In this document: piece after piece, positions 13,101 through 24,303 of the stretch
Numbering within the stretch: position 1 is the first letter of the stretch
Layout: each line of letters starts with the position of its first letter
Origin: Marsupella aquatica
Taxonomy: Eukaryota; Plantae; Marchantiophyta
Reading direction: 5' to 3'
DNA length: 64,000 nucleotides
Assembly: GCA_973895155.1 (NCBI GenBank)
Contig: OZ316893.1
Coordinates: 17,242,770 to 17,306,769, forward strand
The notes under the pieces: generated by a model
What the model saw: the letters and a program-made list of their open reading frames with translations, nothing else
The model's database searches: none
What the model was told of the DNA's origin: nothing
Position numbers and translations under genes: made by a program

Positions 13101-13412
13101 GTCGGTCCCTTCCTTGGTGTCCATAGATTGTCCCCTTACCGGTCTATTCGGTTTTGAATTAGTGGTTGGCTCCCCTTCCTGCCTTGGCTCTAGATCGTGT
13201 CTGTCCATCTCATCCACCTCTTGCTCCTGAGAGTTAGGCCGCTGTGCTCTCTCGGCTTCTAATAGGGCCTCAATTTGTTCTGCCCTCGTAATCGGCTTGT
13301 ATGCCGATCCCTTGGTATTTAATTCCTTGCCGATGATCGATGGCGTTGTGGACCCCGTCGGCTCTGCCACAACGCCTGCAGAAAATCCACTGTCCCTGCT
13401 ACTGCTCCCCAC
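10146..13412 (-). CDS. pol: Gypsy pol: RT, RNase H, integrase
   Basis: RVCQDYRKLN, FMDGYSGYNQI, MPFGLCNAPA, FIDDF, RNYSTTEREALG, HHCC (H..GGH..CDPC), WGIDYIGP, ANGLTER, WLGPF. Open for 1088 aa; ends 12 bp inside the LTR. Confidence 0.95.
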   Translation of the reverse strand: MGSSSRDSGFSAGVVAEPTGSTTPSIIGKELNTKGSAYKPITRAEQIEALLEAERAQRPNSQEQEVDEMDRHDLEPRQEGEPTTNSKPNRPVRGQSMDTKEGTDSASPAEIPVYGGMRLERLEAELDPNLKKQINMIQARQYRKLDLGEGRELNLGRNLAPELEKEISDLLIEFQDVFAWSHQDLKGVDPTLGEHRIDLMLGAKSFRQPIRRMNPKYSLLVKTEIDKLVEAGFITPVLHSDWVSPIVIVPKKAGPDGKPKIRVCQDYRKLNEATLKDHFPLPFTDMVLDMVASHELYSFMDGYSGYNQIRIRQEDQIKTTFITEWGIYVFNRMPFGLCNAPAMFQRLMVNIFHDYLRKFMEIFIDDFAVFGKASKHAKYLRKTFMRCREVGLKLHPDKCFFAVTEGVLLGHKVSRKGIEIDKGKLAVWLDIMQPKNIKDVRSFLGCIGYYRRFIKDFAKLALPLTNMLKAGADFEPTPKRVTAVVELKQMLVEAPVMIAPDWNKDFHVFVDVSGFCIGLVLSQLDEKGRDHPIYFASRQLADAERNYSTTEREALGVIYSCKKFRHYLLGYKVIFHTDHESLKYLVNKPDLTGRVARWILLLQEFDYELRIKPGKLHANADFFSRITGKPATDCIDDRFPDEELFVVEIAGTWYPEILQFLSTSRLQPGLSREQAAVFVRKVRQYQCIKGILHKHGINGTIQRCLEKREVKRVLRAMHGEEAGGHFAPVTTSKKILNAGYWWPTLHKDVYQFIKQCDPCQRAGGPRASTRHPLHPILPLAPFEKWGIDYIGPLKPLTHPRRNKYIILATDYATKWVEARPTTKDDAITTARFMYEQIFTRYGAPLELVSDRGTHFLNDIISHLIEQYLVKHRPTTPYHPKANGLTERANGIIGKILNKTVAQNKLDWDDKLFAVVFAYNLAYKSTTGHTPFFLTFGQEALVPMQLEIPTFQVTIEERASAEESLKEREYRLEALEEARMISAERVEYRQNIMKQQYDKRLKVVSIHTGDLVLLYDSRYSRFPGKLYTRWLGPFRVTMMFPNGSVQLANITGEVYPVRIHYDRLKKYYMDEDEVVREDASQLSGELCDA
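10161..10170 (-). other. Gypsy polypurine tract
   Basis: AAGTGGGGAG on - strand, 3 nt before the 3' LTR TG. Confidence 0.75.
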
Positions 13413-14389
13413 TTAGCCGTTTCATCCAATTGGTCTACATCCTTTACTTCCTCCGGAATTGCAGCTAAAAAGGTGGATTCTATTGTAAAGCAGTCCTCGA
13501 CCTCTTCGTCTTCTTCTTCCAAGTCACCTTCCATTGGTTCTTGCCATAATCCGCTGGGGGGTACCTCTGGTCCAAAGACACCTTCTTCGGTTAGGTTAGT
13601 GAGGCATTCTAACCAACGTACTTCATCGGCTGACTCCAGTCCACTATCGTACCCATCTACTTCCCTTATGCTTTTCCTACGGTCATCCTTAGTGTCCCAG
13701 GATACCGTGATAGAGGGGGTCCCGAAAGTGAACTGCTTTTTACCCCAATCTTCTATTACCTCGGCTAGGTACAGCCATGGCCTACCAATCAATAGCCGGA
13801 ATGACGTAGGATTTACCGGCTTCATTACTACATAGTTAATGCTAAAGAAGATACCTCTTATCTCTGTCTTGATGCCGGTTAACACTCCCGTCGGAATGAC
13901 CTGATATCCATTGGCCATGTTCAACACTCTTCCAGTCATCTCCGGTGTTAGACCCCACCCTTTTGCTGTTGAATCAATCATAATACATACCCCTGATCCT
14001 CCATCGATGGGTACCCGTAGTAATAATTCTCCTTGAATCATTAATGGTAATGCTGGGGCTCCTTGATCTTCTTCTATCATTAGTACGTCGGATCTGGTTG
14101 CTACCTTGGGTAATCTCGGCTTGCCGAGAATAGCCTTCCTTAATTGCTTCCGGAAGTACGGACTATTTTTCAATAGTTGACCTACTGTTGCCGAGACTCT
14201 AGATTCTAGTACATCTTTAGCCAGGTCATAGGGAACAATCGGCTTCTCTTCTGGTGGTGTTTCCGTCTTGGATTCGGCCAGTTTTGCCACGCTAGTCTCC
14301 ACAGCTGTTGGGTCTTCCGAAGCAAACAATGCTTTTGCTCGTTTTACATCCTTGGCAATGGCTTCGGTATTCTCCAGGGCCCGGGGTCC
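13319..14389 (-). CDS. Gypsy aspartic protease region plus acidic linker
   Basis: IDGGSGVCIM catalytic-type motif and LLIGRPWL; different frame from RT, overlapping it by ~90 nt. Confidence 0.85.
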   Translation of the reverse strand, partial: GPRALENTEAIAKDVKRAKALFASEDPTAVETSVAKLAESKTETPPEEKPIVPYDLAKDVLESRVSATVGQLLKNSPYFRKQLRKAILGKPRLPKVATRSDVLMIEEDQGAPALPLMIQGELLLRVPIDGGSGVCIMIDSTAKGWGLTPEMTGRVLNMANGYQVIPTGVLTGIKTEIRGIFFSINYVVMKPVNPTSFRLLIGRPWLYLAEVIEDWGKKQFTFGTPSITVSWDTKDDRRKSIREVDGYDSGLESADEVRWLECLTNLTEEGVFGPEVPPSGLWQEPMEGDLEEEDEEVEDCFTIESTFLAAIPEEVKDVDQLDETAKWGAVAGTVDFLQALWQSRRGPQRHRSSARN

Positions 14390-14412
14390 TCACTTCTTTT
14401 CTTCCTACCCAT

Positions 14413-14653
14413 CACGCGCGAATAAGTATAGGGTTTTTTTATTGGGTTTAGTGAAATACTTTTAAATTTTTGTTGAAGAACATTAGGGTTATTTTAATCC
14501 AATTTTGAGAATTATAATAATCATAGGGTTTTTTAAAATCAAATATGGGAATATTATTGGAATATTCCATTAAGTTAGGGGTAAAAAAATTCCTAAAAAA
14601 AACTTTATTGACTTAACTTTTAGGGTGTTTATTCTCCCAAAACTTCGAGCGTG
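14413..14653. mobile_element. 241-bp AT-rich MITE-like insertion near the end of gag
   Basis: Termini cacgcgcgaa...ttcgagcgtg (inverted, 1 mismatch), AT on both sides, abrupt composition change. Confidence 0.75.
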
Positions 14654-14655
14654 AT

Positions 14656-16627
14656 ATGGGACACCCCTTGGATTGGGGCCCCCGAGCTCCAGGGTTTCTA
14701 ATTCTCTTAGTTGTTCCTTAACACTAGCCGTAACAGAGGGGTAGAACAACTTAGGATGATCTCGATTGAAGTCGCTATCTTGTGAAGGATTGGTTTCACT
14801 GGTGGGCTCATGGCTTACCTGTATTGCCGGAGCCCTCCCTTCTCCTTCTGTTGATGTTGACGAAGAGTCGATCCTTTCCTCCGTAACCTTCCCTTTATTT
14901 TTGGCCAGCCCATCCCACCTTTCCTTCCTTCTGGTAGATCGAGTAGAGACCCGGTAGCAATCATGATCTAAATCCTCCTCTGAGAAGGTTGATAGGCCTT
15001 CGGCCTCATCATCAGATGGTACGAACTCTGCCTCGGCATCCTCTTGCCATCCTAGTTCGATGTGGTTGATTTGAACTCCTCCGGGGGTAGTACCTGGCGG
15101 TAAGATCTTGATCGGCAAAAGCTTATGATTTGCGGCCAGGCCTGCCAACCAAGTAGGACATTGCCCTAGCATATGACCTTCCTGTCGGCATCCCATACAT
15201 AGCTGAGCTGGTTGTCCATCACCCTGTTTGCGTGCATTCGGGCATTCTCTAGCAAAATGGCCAGGTTGACCACAATTATAGCACGCCGCAAATCTTTGCA
15301 CATTCGGCCTAGGAGGTACTGACGGGTTCTGAATAATCCGAGGATACATCTCTCCTGGATTGTTCCTTAACCCTGACCACAGAGATGCAGGTCTGTTGGA
15401 TAGGTCTCGTGCTCCAGTCTCACTGATGCCGAAAACACTATCAGCGGCATCTCCCAAAAAGTACTCTACTTCTCCCTGACATGGTCTGATCTCGGCCACA
15501 TGCCGAACATGATTAGTATTAAGCTTAGGACACGCATCTTTATGGTGTCCGGTTTTATAACATAAGGCACACCATACAGAGCTATCCTCCTGTACTACCT
15601 TCTTCTTTGGTTTTACCTCTGCAATGATAGCCTTAAGTTGCTCGGTAAGGGCTACGATGTTATCTGGTGGCTTAGCCTCCATCTTGACTTTCGTCTTCCC
15701 TCTCCTTCTGCCCTTCCTTTTCCTAGTTTTTTCTTCTTCAGAACTAGAAGATGACTCACTCTTGCTACTCCCACTATCCGAGCTTGACTTATCACTTCTA
15801 GACTTCTTGGAATGTTTCTTCTTCTTATCTTTTTTCTTATGGGGTGATCCCTCCTCTGATGAGGAACTCTCAGACTTAAGCTGTTTCTTCCGGCTTGTGA
15901 TATCTGCATTAATGTATAATTGAATATCCTTAATTGCTTCGGCTAAAGTCTCCGGGTTCTCCTTCCTAATTGCAAAACTCATCTTCTGTGGCAAAGCATT
16001 CACCAACCATTGAAGTTGCATACCTTCAGATGCATTGGTCTTTGTACGTCTTACCAGTTTCTGAAAGCGTTGCAAGAACTTCCTGAAGGATTTGTTCTCC
16101 TTGAACCGAAGTTGTCCCAACTTCAGCACTGCTAGTTCTGAAGTTCCAATGGGTCGAAACTCCTTAACAAAGAGTGTTTTGAAGATATCCCAGATGGCTT
16201 GATCTTCCACATCTAATGCTCTGTACCAAGGCCTAGCCTCACCCTTGAACAGGCCGGGAAGAATCTGCATCTTGATGGCCGATTCTCCATTTGCTGTAGC
16301 GGTTCCCTCGAAATCATCCAACCATTTGTCCGGATCCTCATCTCCTCTCCCATGAAATGCCTTGTAATGTATGCGCGACCGCTGGCTCAATCTGGTCCCT
16401 GGCCTCTCGTCTGGCCGTGCCTCTGGTTCCCCCATGTCGGTTGGAGACTCACTTCTCCTTACCGACTCTTCTTCTGGTATGTCTTCTTCGACGCCACTTC
16501 CAGTTTCGGAGCTACCAGCTCTTTCTGCCCCTCTCAGTCGCTCTGTATCATGCCACCCGGCGAGCTGCTGCAGTCGAGCTCTCTCCCGTTGAATCACTCT
16601 TTCTTCCCTCGGCGTAAGGTCAGTCAT
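14656..16627 (-). CDS. gag: Gypsy gag with three CCHC zinc knuckles, interrupted near its end by the MITE
   Basis: FHGRGDEDPDKWLDDF, FKGEARPWY, CALCYKTGHHKDAC, CYNCGQPGHFAREC, CMGCRQEGHMLGQC. Confidence 0.92.
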
Positions 16628-16674
16628 TACCTACGCTTCCGTTCTAACTTCATATCTCACGGCTTAAGAAATGC

Positions 16675-16692
16675 CCCCTCCATCTAGCGCCA
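16675..16692 (-). other. Primer-binding site
   Basis: TGGCGCTAGATGGAGGGG, 4 nt after the 5' LTR end; starts TGG (complement of tRNA CCA); tRNA not identified. Confidence 0.85.
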
Positions 16693-16696
16693 AAAA

Positions 16697-19600
16697 TGTG
16701 GTGCGTCCCATGGCTCCCTAAACCCAAGAAACCCCCCAGCTCAAGCCGATTCCTGCAGGTTTCGTGCTTGGCGAGGCCGTTTCCGCGGCTTAGCGGCATG
16801 GGACGCTGCTAACCTTCTACTACTACTATTAACATTTTACACACATATACTGGACAGATCCTTCATCGGGTCATGAGATACGTAGCCGGCCTAATATAGG
16901 CCTTCCCTTGTCTTCCCCTGTCTTCCTGTTAGGTATGTTTGGATTCCGCCGTCGGAATGATCCCCAATAGGCTTGGTTAAGCCGCTAAGACCTCTCTCAG
17001 CTCGACACATCCAACTCTCACTCCCCTGCTTACTTTCCTTCCTTCTGTTGATGTGGGCACTCTTCACACAAGTTAATGCGACACACAAATAGCAAAATAA
17101 CTCATTCTGACTGAGTCATACCATGCACTTGCCATACAAACAGTACATCTCATACACAAGTTCTGCGAACTAAGCCGTGAGGCCAACTCTATTCAGCTCT
17201 TAGGCATGAGGAAACATGAATATACACAAGGGTCACTGTATGACTAACCGAGAGCTTCTCGTACTACTTGATCCCAGCCCGGCTGGTGCAAACTAAAAAC
17301 TTGCTAAAGAAGAGGCCCTGAGCTCCCCGCTGCCCAGGTACTTATCCTGGTAATGGATCCGCCATTCTTTGCATCGTAAGCCTAATCTACCTGACAGTAA
17401 TCTACTTGCCCGAATCTACCTATGTACAGCAAGGCAGGAGCACAAGTGTTGCTCCTACCAGTGGGACCGCAATCCCACTAAGCTAAGTGTCAGGGCCGCT
17501 CCTGGTTCTGATCCTAATCCTAAACGTGGAGATCCGCGCCCGCCCTGCCCACTCACGCCTCCTCCCTCCATGTCCGCCCTCCCTAAAAGGAACGGCGCCC
17601 TTGCACCGTCACGACACCGGTGGTGGATCCTCAATGGACGCCCCCAACACTTCCTCCTCAGCCACTGCCGTTGGCCCGCCTACTGACAGATTACCTGCCC
17701 TTGACCGAGTCAACTCTCCATCGGCCTGACTGGGTCCACCTTCGGCTTCAACCTCGACACCGGCCTCGGCAATACCCACGGCTTTGGCCTCAGCCACTCC
17801 CACGGCTTCGGCTTCAGCCACTCCCTCGGCTTCGGCCACTCCCACGGCTTCGGCCTCCCCTTCCCCTAGGGTAGTTGGATCCTTAGCTGTGACCCTGTCT
17901 GGGGTCGGTGCTGGGTCTACCTCCTTGATCACCACGGCCTATGAAGTCGTATTACTCCTTGACCCTGGAGGTTTCCGCTTCTTCTTCGTTGGTGGCTCGG
18001 CAGCTGGTCCCTTCCCCTTCCCACTTACTTCCGGCACTGGTGCAGTTGACGCGGCTTGTCCTTCGGCAATTACCACCCCTGGTAACTGGTTTGTCCCAAC
18101 GGGAGATGGACCTGCTGCAGCTAAGCATTTAAATACTGCGGCTTGTTTCTTCAGCCGCTCTGTTTGGTTGTCGGCCCGCCGCTGTAGGTTCTCCATCTTC
18201 CTCGTGATTTCCTCCAACTCCTCTTGGGTTTCATCCAGGTCCTTACGTGCCCCCTCCAGCTCGTTTTTGGCCTCCTCCTGCTCCCTGTGGGCTTCCTCCA
18301 ATTCCTTCTTCAAGGTAGCCCTCTCCTCCTGGGTTGCTCTTAGCTCCTTGTCGAGCTCTGCAATGATGACAGACTCCATCTGGTTCATCTTGGCGTAAGT
18401 CTGTTCGAGCATCTCGTCCTTCTCCCTTAGGTCGGCCTTGAAGCTGGCCGTCAGGGACGCAAGCTCCTGCTGCAGCGCCATAATCCCTTGATAGGATTTC
18501 CCTAACTCGACCTCCTTCTGCTCAAGGGCTCCGCGGATTTTCTCGAGCTCCCCTTTCAACGCCCATTCCTTTCTTTGGGTCTCCGCCATGGCCCGGCTGT
18601 TGGCTGTTATGTGGGCCTCCTCTATATTCTTCAGTTCTTGCTTCCACTTCTCCCTCTCTTTGATCGTGTCGGCCAACTCTTCCTGCGTCTGAGTCAGTTT
18701 ATCCTTGATATTCTGATTATCAGCCTGCGCGGTGTCCAACTGCCCCTGCATGATGTTCAGCTCATGTCGTTTAATCCGCAGTTCATCTTGGGCTTTCTTG
18801 GCCGCCCTTAGATCTTCAATCTCGGCTCCCATCCTCCTAAGCCGCCGAATGACCTCGTCCTTCTTGCTTCTCTCTAAAGCCACCGCTTCTTCTAATTGGT
18901 GCTTCTCCAACTGCTCCCTATGGAAAAAGGGTCCTATCTCCAACTCCTCTCCAAAGATGCTGAGCGCAAGTTCCCCACACATCTCACCATACTCCATGGC
19001 TCTATTCTTAGCGTAGGTGGAGTAAGTAGAAGTGATCGGCATCGCCCATCGTGGCCTCTGCTCCCAAGCCGTCCTGCGGATCTCTTCAATTGTGGCTAGA
19101 GGTTTGCTTCCTTTTTCGGCTAGCCGCCTGATGTCCTCCGGCCAATCTCCTCCTGGTAAATCCTTTTCCTTAGCCAGGGCGGCCTCTTCCTCCTGCTTGA
19201 TTCGCTCCTGAAATTCCTGCACCGTCTGTTTTATGCCGTCGAAGCTCGGGGGAGCAACATCTGGTGGGGGAGACTCAGGGCTACTCTGCTGGTTGGGGTC
19301 CCCTCGCACTACCCTTGGAAGTGTGGGGACAAACCGGCCACAGGTCCTTACTCCTGGAACGTGATGGTCCGACCCATAGCCGGAATTATCATGGCTGCAG
19401 TCCTCCACTGCCTCCTCTACCTCTTGGACGTCCGGCTTCTCCCTCTCCTCTTCGTCGGTAGGAGCTTCAGGCAATTCTGCCTCAGATTCGGAGCTTGAGG
19501 TTCCCACGTACATTCGAACACCTGGCTTGGATTCCGGCCTGATTCTCTCCTTGTTTCCAGCAAAGGGGTTTTCTCTTGTGAGCCGGTGTAGGCCTACCTC

Positions 19601-21365
19601 TGTAGTAGTGTCCTGCATTGTTGCCGTTGCCGTTGTTGTTGCCGATGCCGATTTCTTTTCTTTCTCCAGTAGTTTCAGCAGACTCTGCATGCCTGGTTGC
19701 TGCATCGGCAAGTCTTCCTTCCTGGGCCTAAACACCTGCTCGATCGTAGGACTAACAGGTGGTTGAGGCTTCTCAGCCAACGGCCTCGGCGTTGGAGCTT
19801 CCTCGGGTGCCCTTACCTGCAGGGGAAGTACCGGGGCAAAAGTCTGACTTCTGGCATACCGGCACAACAGCGGCATGTGATAGCCAAGCCGCGACACGCT
19901 CCCCATGCCGATTACCTGCTGCTCCTCCTTTAAGATCTTCTTCAATTGGTTGAGGAGGTACCCGTTGTAGTCCCGGCTTGGGTCTGGCCTTTCTGCCAGA
20001 TAGACCTGTGCCTTGCCGATCTCTGCCCTTGATAAGTTACAATGCATGGTCACCCGCAAGAAGTCGATCATCTCTCCTATGTGCGGGTTGGTGCAGGTGT
20101 TCCGGAAGAAGCCATTCTTCGTTGATGGCCCGGGGAACGACCGGAACTCCTTGTCAGGCAAGGTCTTCCTGGTATCAACTTTGGTCTTATTGCCTATCGG
20201 CAGGCCAAACACTTCGGCAATTACCTTGGGAGTAAGATAGAAATCCTTCCCATATATCCTCGTGCAATTGGTCTCGGGTTCCCATGACCCCACGAATTCT
20301 AATAGGTCTGACTCCGGTACCTCCGGCTTCAGCCATGGTAATCTTACAAAGGCCTCCAAGCCGGATCCGGCCATGAAGCCTTGGTACTTCTTGGTCTGCA
20401 TGGCCGTAAAGCATGCATCCTCCTCCCGTGCAAAATGTAGTTGCACCTCCACCGGTAGGGTTGCCGCCCAGCCCTTCCAGGTGTCATCCCTGGTTGGAAT
20501 GGCCTTGATGGGATCGACCTCCTCCTCTTTGGCTTCTCCCTGCCTCCTGCTCTGCTGCTCGGCTGGCTTCTTTGGTGCCGCCGACCTCGTTCTTTTTGCC
20601 AGGGTGGCTTCATCGTTGACGGCTCCCTTCCTCTTCATCTCTGCTGCCGTGGAGGTTTCTCCTAGCACCGTTGCCTGGGTCCACCTTTCCGTGCTACCCT
20701 TTAATTCCCAGTGTATGTCGTTGCAGTTCTTGATGGCCTCTCGGATGCCGACGACGCTGTCTTTGCAAAACAGAAGATCGTCGAGTTGATTGGAAGTAGG
20801 CGTCCACAGGAACTCGTCCTTGATGAGTTCGCCTCCTAAGAAAGCCATCTTCTGCAGCTCCCACAATCGAGCGAGCTCCTGCCGTTCTTGAGCTGCCCTT
20901 TCTGACTCCTCGTCCTCGTAAGTCTTGATGTACTCAGTTGCCCATTCGAACAGGCATCCCCAGAAATGTGCCGCTTGATTGACGTTGCTCATACCCTCCT
21001 TAGGTTGATCGTCGGTATCTACTCTCTCCCCGAGTGCTTGCCTAAGCAGCTGACAGTAGTTGGCCTCCCGTAGTCGTCTGCCTAGTTCGTGCTCGCAAAT
21101 GAGCCACCATCTCCTGCAAGCGCTCCTTACCCCTCTCCTCTGCCGGTCCTTCTTCCCGTTGATCCTTCCTAGCCGCCGACGCTTAACGCGCCCTAACCCT
21201 AATCGGGTTTTCACCCTTAGCCTTACCTCCGGCCTCTGCCCGGGTTCCATGGTTGCCCCTAATTGTTTATATTTTCCTTGTTTTGTCACTATACTAAGGT
21301 GTTCCTAGGGTGCCTTCCTGCTTTACCCACTTAACCGGCCGAGTGATTCCTATCTAGGCATCACA
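16697..21365 (-). repeat. 5' LTR of the gypsy (4669 bp)
   Basis: Matches the 3' LTR apart from about 20 transitions seen by eye and one 24-bp repeat-unit indel near 17785. Confidence 0.95.
17609..21289 (-). pseudogene. LTR-encoded accessory protein, second copy, ~1226 codons, one TAG at 17939-17941
   Basis: 1116-aa ORF plus in-frame 108-aa tail; the stop is CAG in the other LTR. Confidence 0.85.
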
Positions 21366-21849
21366 CTTTTCTAGAGCAGGACGAACACCTAGAAAACTAC
21401 ACCCATGAGGACACCACCCTTGAGACACATATGATTACACATCAGCAGGATTCCTTACCTTTAGACAACACTAGCCCTGACTACCCGTTCTTTGAACATA
21501 AATAGGAGAGAGGACAATAAAAGAATTATCAAAATATATTCTCTATTCATATTCTTTGAAGGTTAATGAAATGATAAAAAAAATTATCATTTTAATAGTC
21601 ATATATAATATACCATTCTCTTTTATGTGTACATGAGTCCTTTTTGTATGCATATCTATCTTCTATACACATATGTTGTGGTGGGGCCATAGTGCCTATA
21701 GAAATTATCACCAAAAACTGACATGTACATACATCTTAGTCATGTTATGAGTTTCTCCCATGCACATGATGAGTTACGGTCTAGAGTCTTCACTCTAGAC
21801 CTAGGTTCTTAAAAGTAGACTTGAGTTGGCGCTTTTATAGTAAGATTAG

Positions 21850-23912
21850 AACCTGCATTGTAGAGAGCGGCACGCCCCACACTATATTAAAGTGCAGGGA
21901 CTATTTCACTCACATTACTCCCTCCCACAGAAACATGACTACTATCATGGGGAGAAACCAGATAGAAGAAGGTACGGACCCGCCACAATCACGTTACCTC
22001 AGGGCACTACTATCTATATTAAATCCGATATATACGCACCTAATGCCATGAGAAACTTGATTAGTTTCAAGGACATTAGAGATAACGGATTCCATATCCA
22101 CACTAGCACAAATAAAAACCAGGAAATAATTCATATTTTAAAGAATACTTCCAATGGAATGCAAATAAAAGAAACACTTTTCGCGTATCCGTTGGGTTTC
22201 TATGTCACACAGCTGAATGCTTTTCATTCCACTACGCATGAGATGTCACTATATAACCTATGGCATACTAGGCTTGGACACCCTGGCATGACCATGTTTC
22301 AAAAGATGAAAAGAGTAACCCACAGAATACCACAAAACACACGTCGAACAAACCATAATCAGTCTTGCATGGCATGTTCTCAAGGAAAGTTAATCCTTAG
22401 ACCTTCTATCTCCAAGACAATCCATGAAATGCCCAGATTCTTGGAACAAGTGCATGCAGACGTATGTGGCCCCATAGAACCACCAAGCGGACCATTTTGA
22501 TTTTTCCTAGTCATTATTGACGCATCCTTGAAATGGTCGCAAGTTTCGTTGCTTTCCACACGAAACATGGTTTTTCCATGACATTTAGCACACATCCTCA
22601 AGCTAAAATCCCAATTCCCCCAAAACCCTATCAAGACAATTAGGGTTGACAATGTAGGCAAATTTACTTCAAAAACATTCAAAGATTTTTGCATGGCTAC
22701 AGGGATAGACACTCAATACCATGTACCCCACGTACGTTTCTAAAATGACATTGTTGAATCTGTCATTAAGAGAATACAGATGACAGCAAGACCCATGCTT
22801 ATGCAGACGCAGTTACCCACAACTGCCTGGGGTCAGGCTGTACTACATGCAACAACTTTACTTAAATGTCGCCCATCAGCATACAACGACCAAACTCCAC
22901 ACCACCTAGCTTTTGGAGTAGACCCTGACTTATCACATGTCAGAACCTTTGGTTGCCAAGTACTAGTCCCCATAATGGGACCCAAATATACTAAGATGGG
23001 ACCTCAAAGACAAAAAGGCATATATGTTGGTCTTGAGTCACCATCCATAATCAGGTACTTAGAACCATCAAGTGCCGATGTCTTTCAAGCGAGGTTACCT
23101 AACTACCATTTTTACGAGAATGTTTTCCCCAAACTATTTGAAGGGAAACCGCAGTTTGAATGACCTCATAACCTAGAATTACGATGGCCGACTCAGTCCA
23201 CTATTTGGAAAGATCCACGGACATGACAATGCAAAGAAGTTTGTAGGATATTACAACTAACAAAGACTATGGAGCAAATGCCAAACGCATTTACAGACAT
23301 TGCGCAGGTGACAAGATCACATATCCCTATCACAAATACTCCCGCACGTCTACAAGAATCCACACAACTGGCAACGGACCAACCACCAAGAGCAAAATGT
23401 GGACGTCCTTTGGGATCTAAAGATACCCAACCAAGGCAAAGAAAAACAACAACAACAATATCACCTACAATACCAGAAGTCATACCCACACCAAATCCTG
23501 TGGAAATCCCAGAAAATGAAGAAATCTCAATTCACTACATGAACATTGGGACCATCTGGAATAGAAATAATATTCCCATGGACGACAACTTTGCCTACCA
23601 CATTTCCCAAAATATCATGGATACACAACTTGACCCTAAAACAATCAATGACACAGAAAAGCCCAGATTGGTCAGAATGGGAAAAGACAATTACTTCAGA
23701 ATTGGATTCACTGATTAAATGCCAAGTGTTTGGACCTATTGTCCCAACACCACAAGATACCCACTTAACGGATTATAAGTGGACATTTGTGAAAAAGAGA
23801 AACACACAATGCCAAGTTGCAAGATATAAAGCACACCTCGTCGCGAAAGGATACACACAAATACCTGGGCACCAGTGATAAATGAAATAACCTATCGATA
23901 CCTAGTTGGATG
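21850..23912 (+). pseudogene. pol: Bianca-like pol, part 1 (PR, INT, start of RT), with many stops and frameshifts
   Basis: CIVESGTPHTIL, LWHTRLGHPG, VHADVCGPI, TKMGPQRQKGIYVG, KWTFVKKRN, RYKAHLVAKGY. Confidence 0.88.
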
Positions 23913-24303
23913 TGTAAGTAGTGAGTAAATTACAAAAGTCAAAATAAGTGAAAAATTTGAAAAAATTTCAAAGTGTTAATAGTATACTAGTTTACTAGTT
24001 ACTAGTTAGGAGTATCCAAGAGTTAATAGCATTACAGGTTACAACTTTACCAGTTTACGAGTATACGACTACGAGTTTACGACTTCAACACTTGAACGAT
24101 AACATGCGAACGGACAATGCGATAGCGATGGGTTGCGGAGCTTCTAACGATTAACTCCCAATGGAGTGATGCATCCTGGAGTAAAGGATGAGGCGCAAGT
24201 GAACCCTGACCTCTACACGCATTTCCTCTACAATTTATCTTACACTTACAATTGAGCATAATTTCAACACTGAATCCCTAGGCGCAGACTACAAACTGAA
24301 GCT

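Larger units (their letters stand above)
5513..21365 (-). mobile_element. Full-length Ty3/gypsy non-chromovirus LTR retrotransposon (Athila/Phygy-like) with ~4.65-kb LTRs
   Basis: TG..CA ends, TSD CTTTT (5508-5512 and 21366-21370), near-identical LTRs, PBS, PPT, gag-PR-RT-RH-INT order; no chromodomain or extra RNase H seen. Confidence 0.96.

Noticed and set aside
14405-14665. The AT-rich segment as a gag-pol intron
   Set aside because: The sense strand is A-rich with no pyrimidine tract, and the segment has terminal inverted repeats.
6185-21308. Many short + strand ORFs within the gypsy element
   Set aside because: Ser-rich antisense shadows of the - strand coding frames, with no recognisable motifs.
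5513-21365. The 4.6-kb direct repeat as an assembly error or segmental duplication
   Set aside because: Its ends coincide exactly with TG..CA, TSD, PBS and PPT, and the two copies carry independent substitutions.
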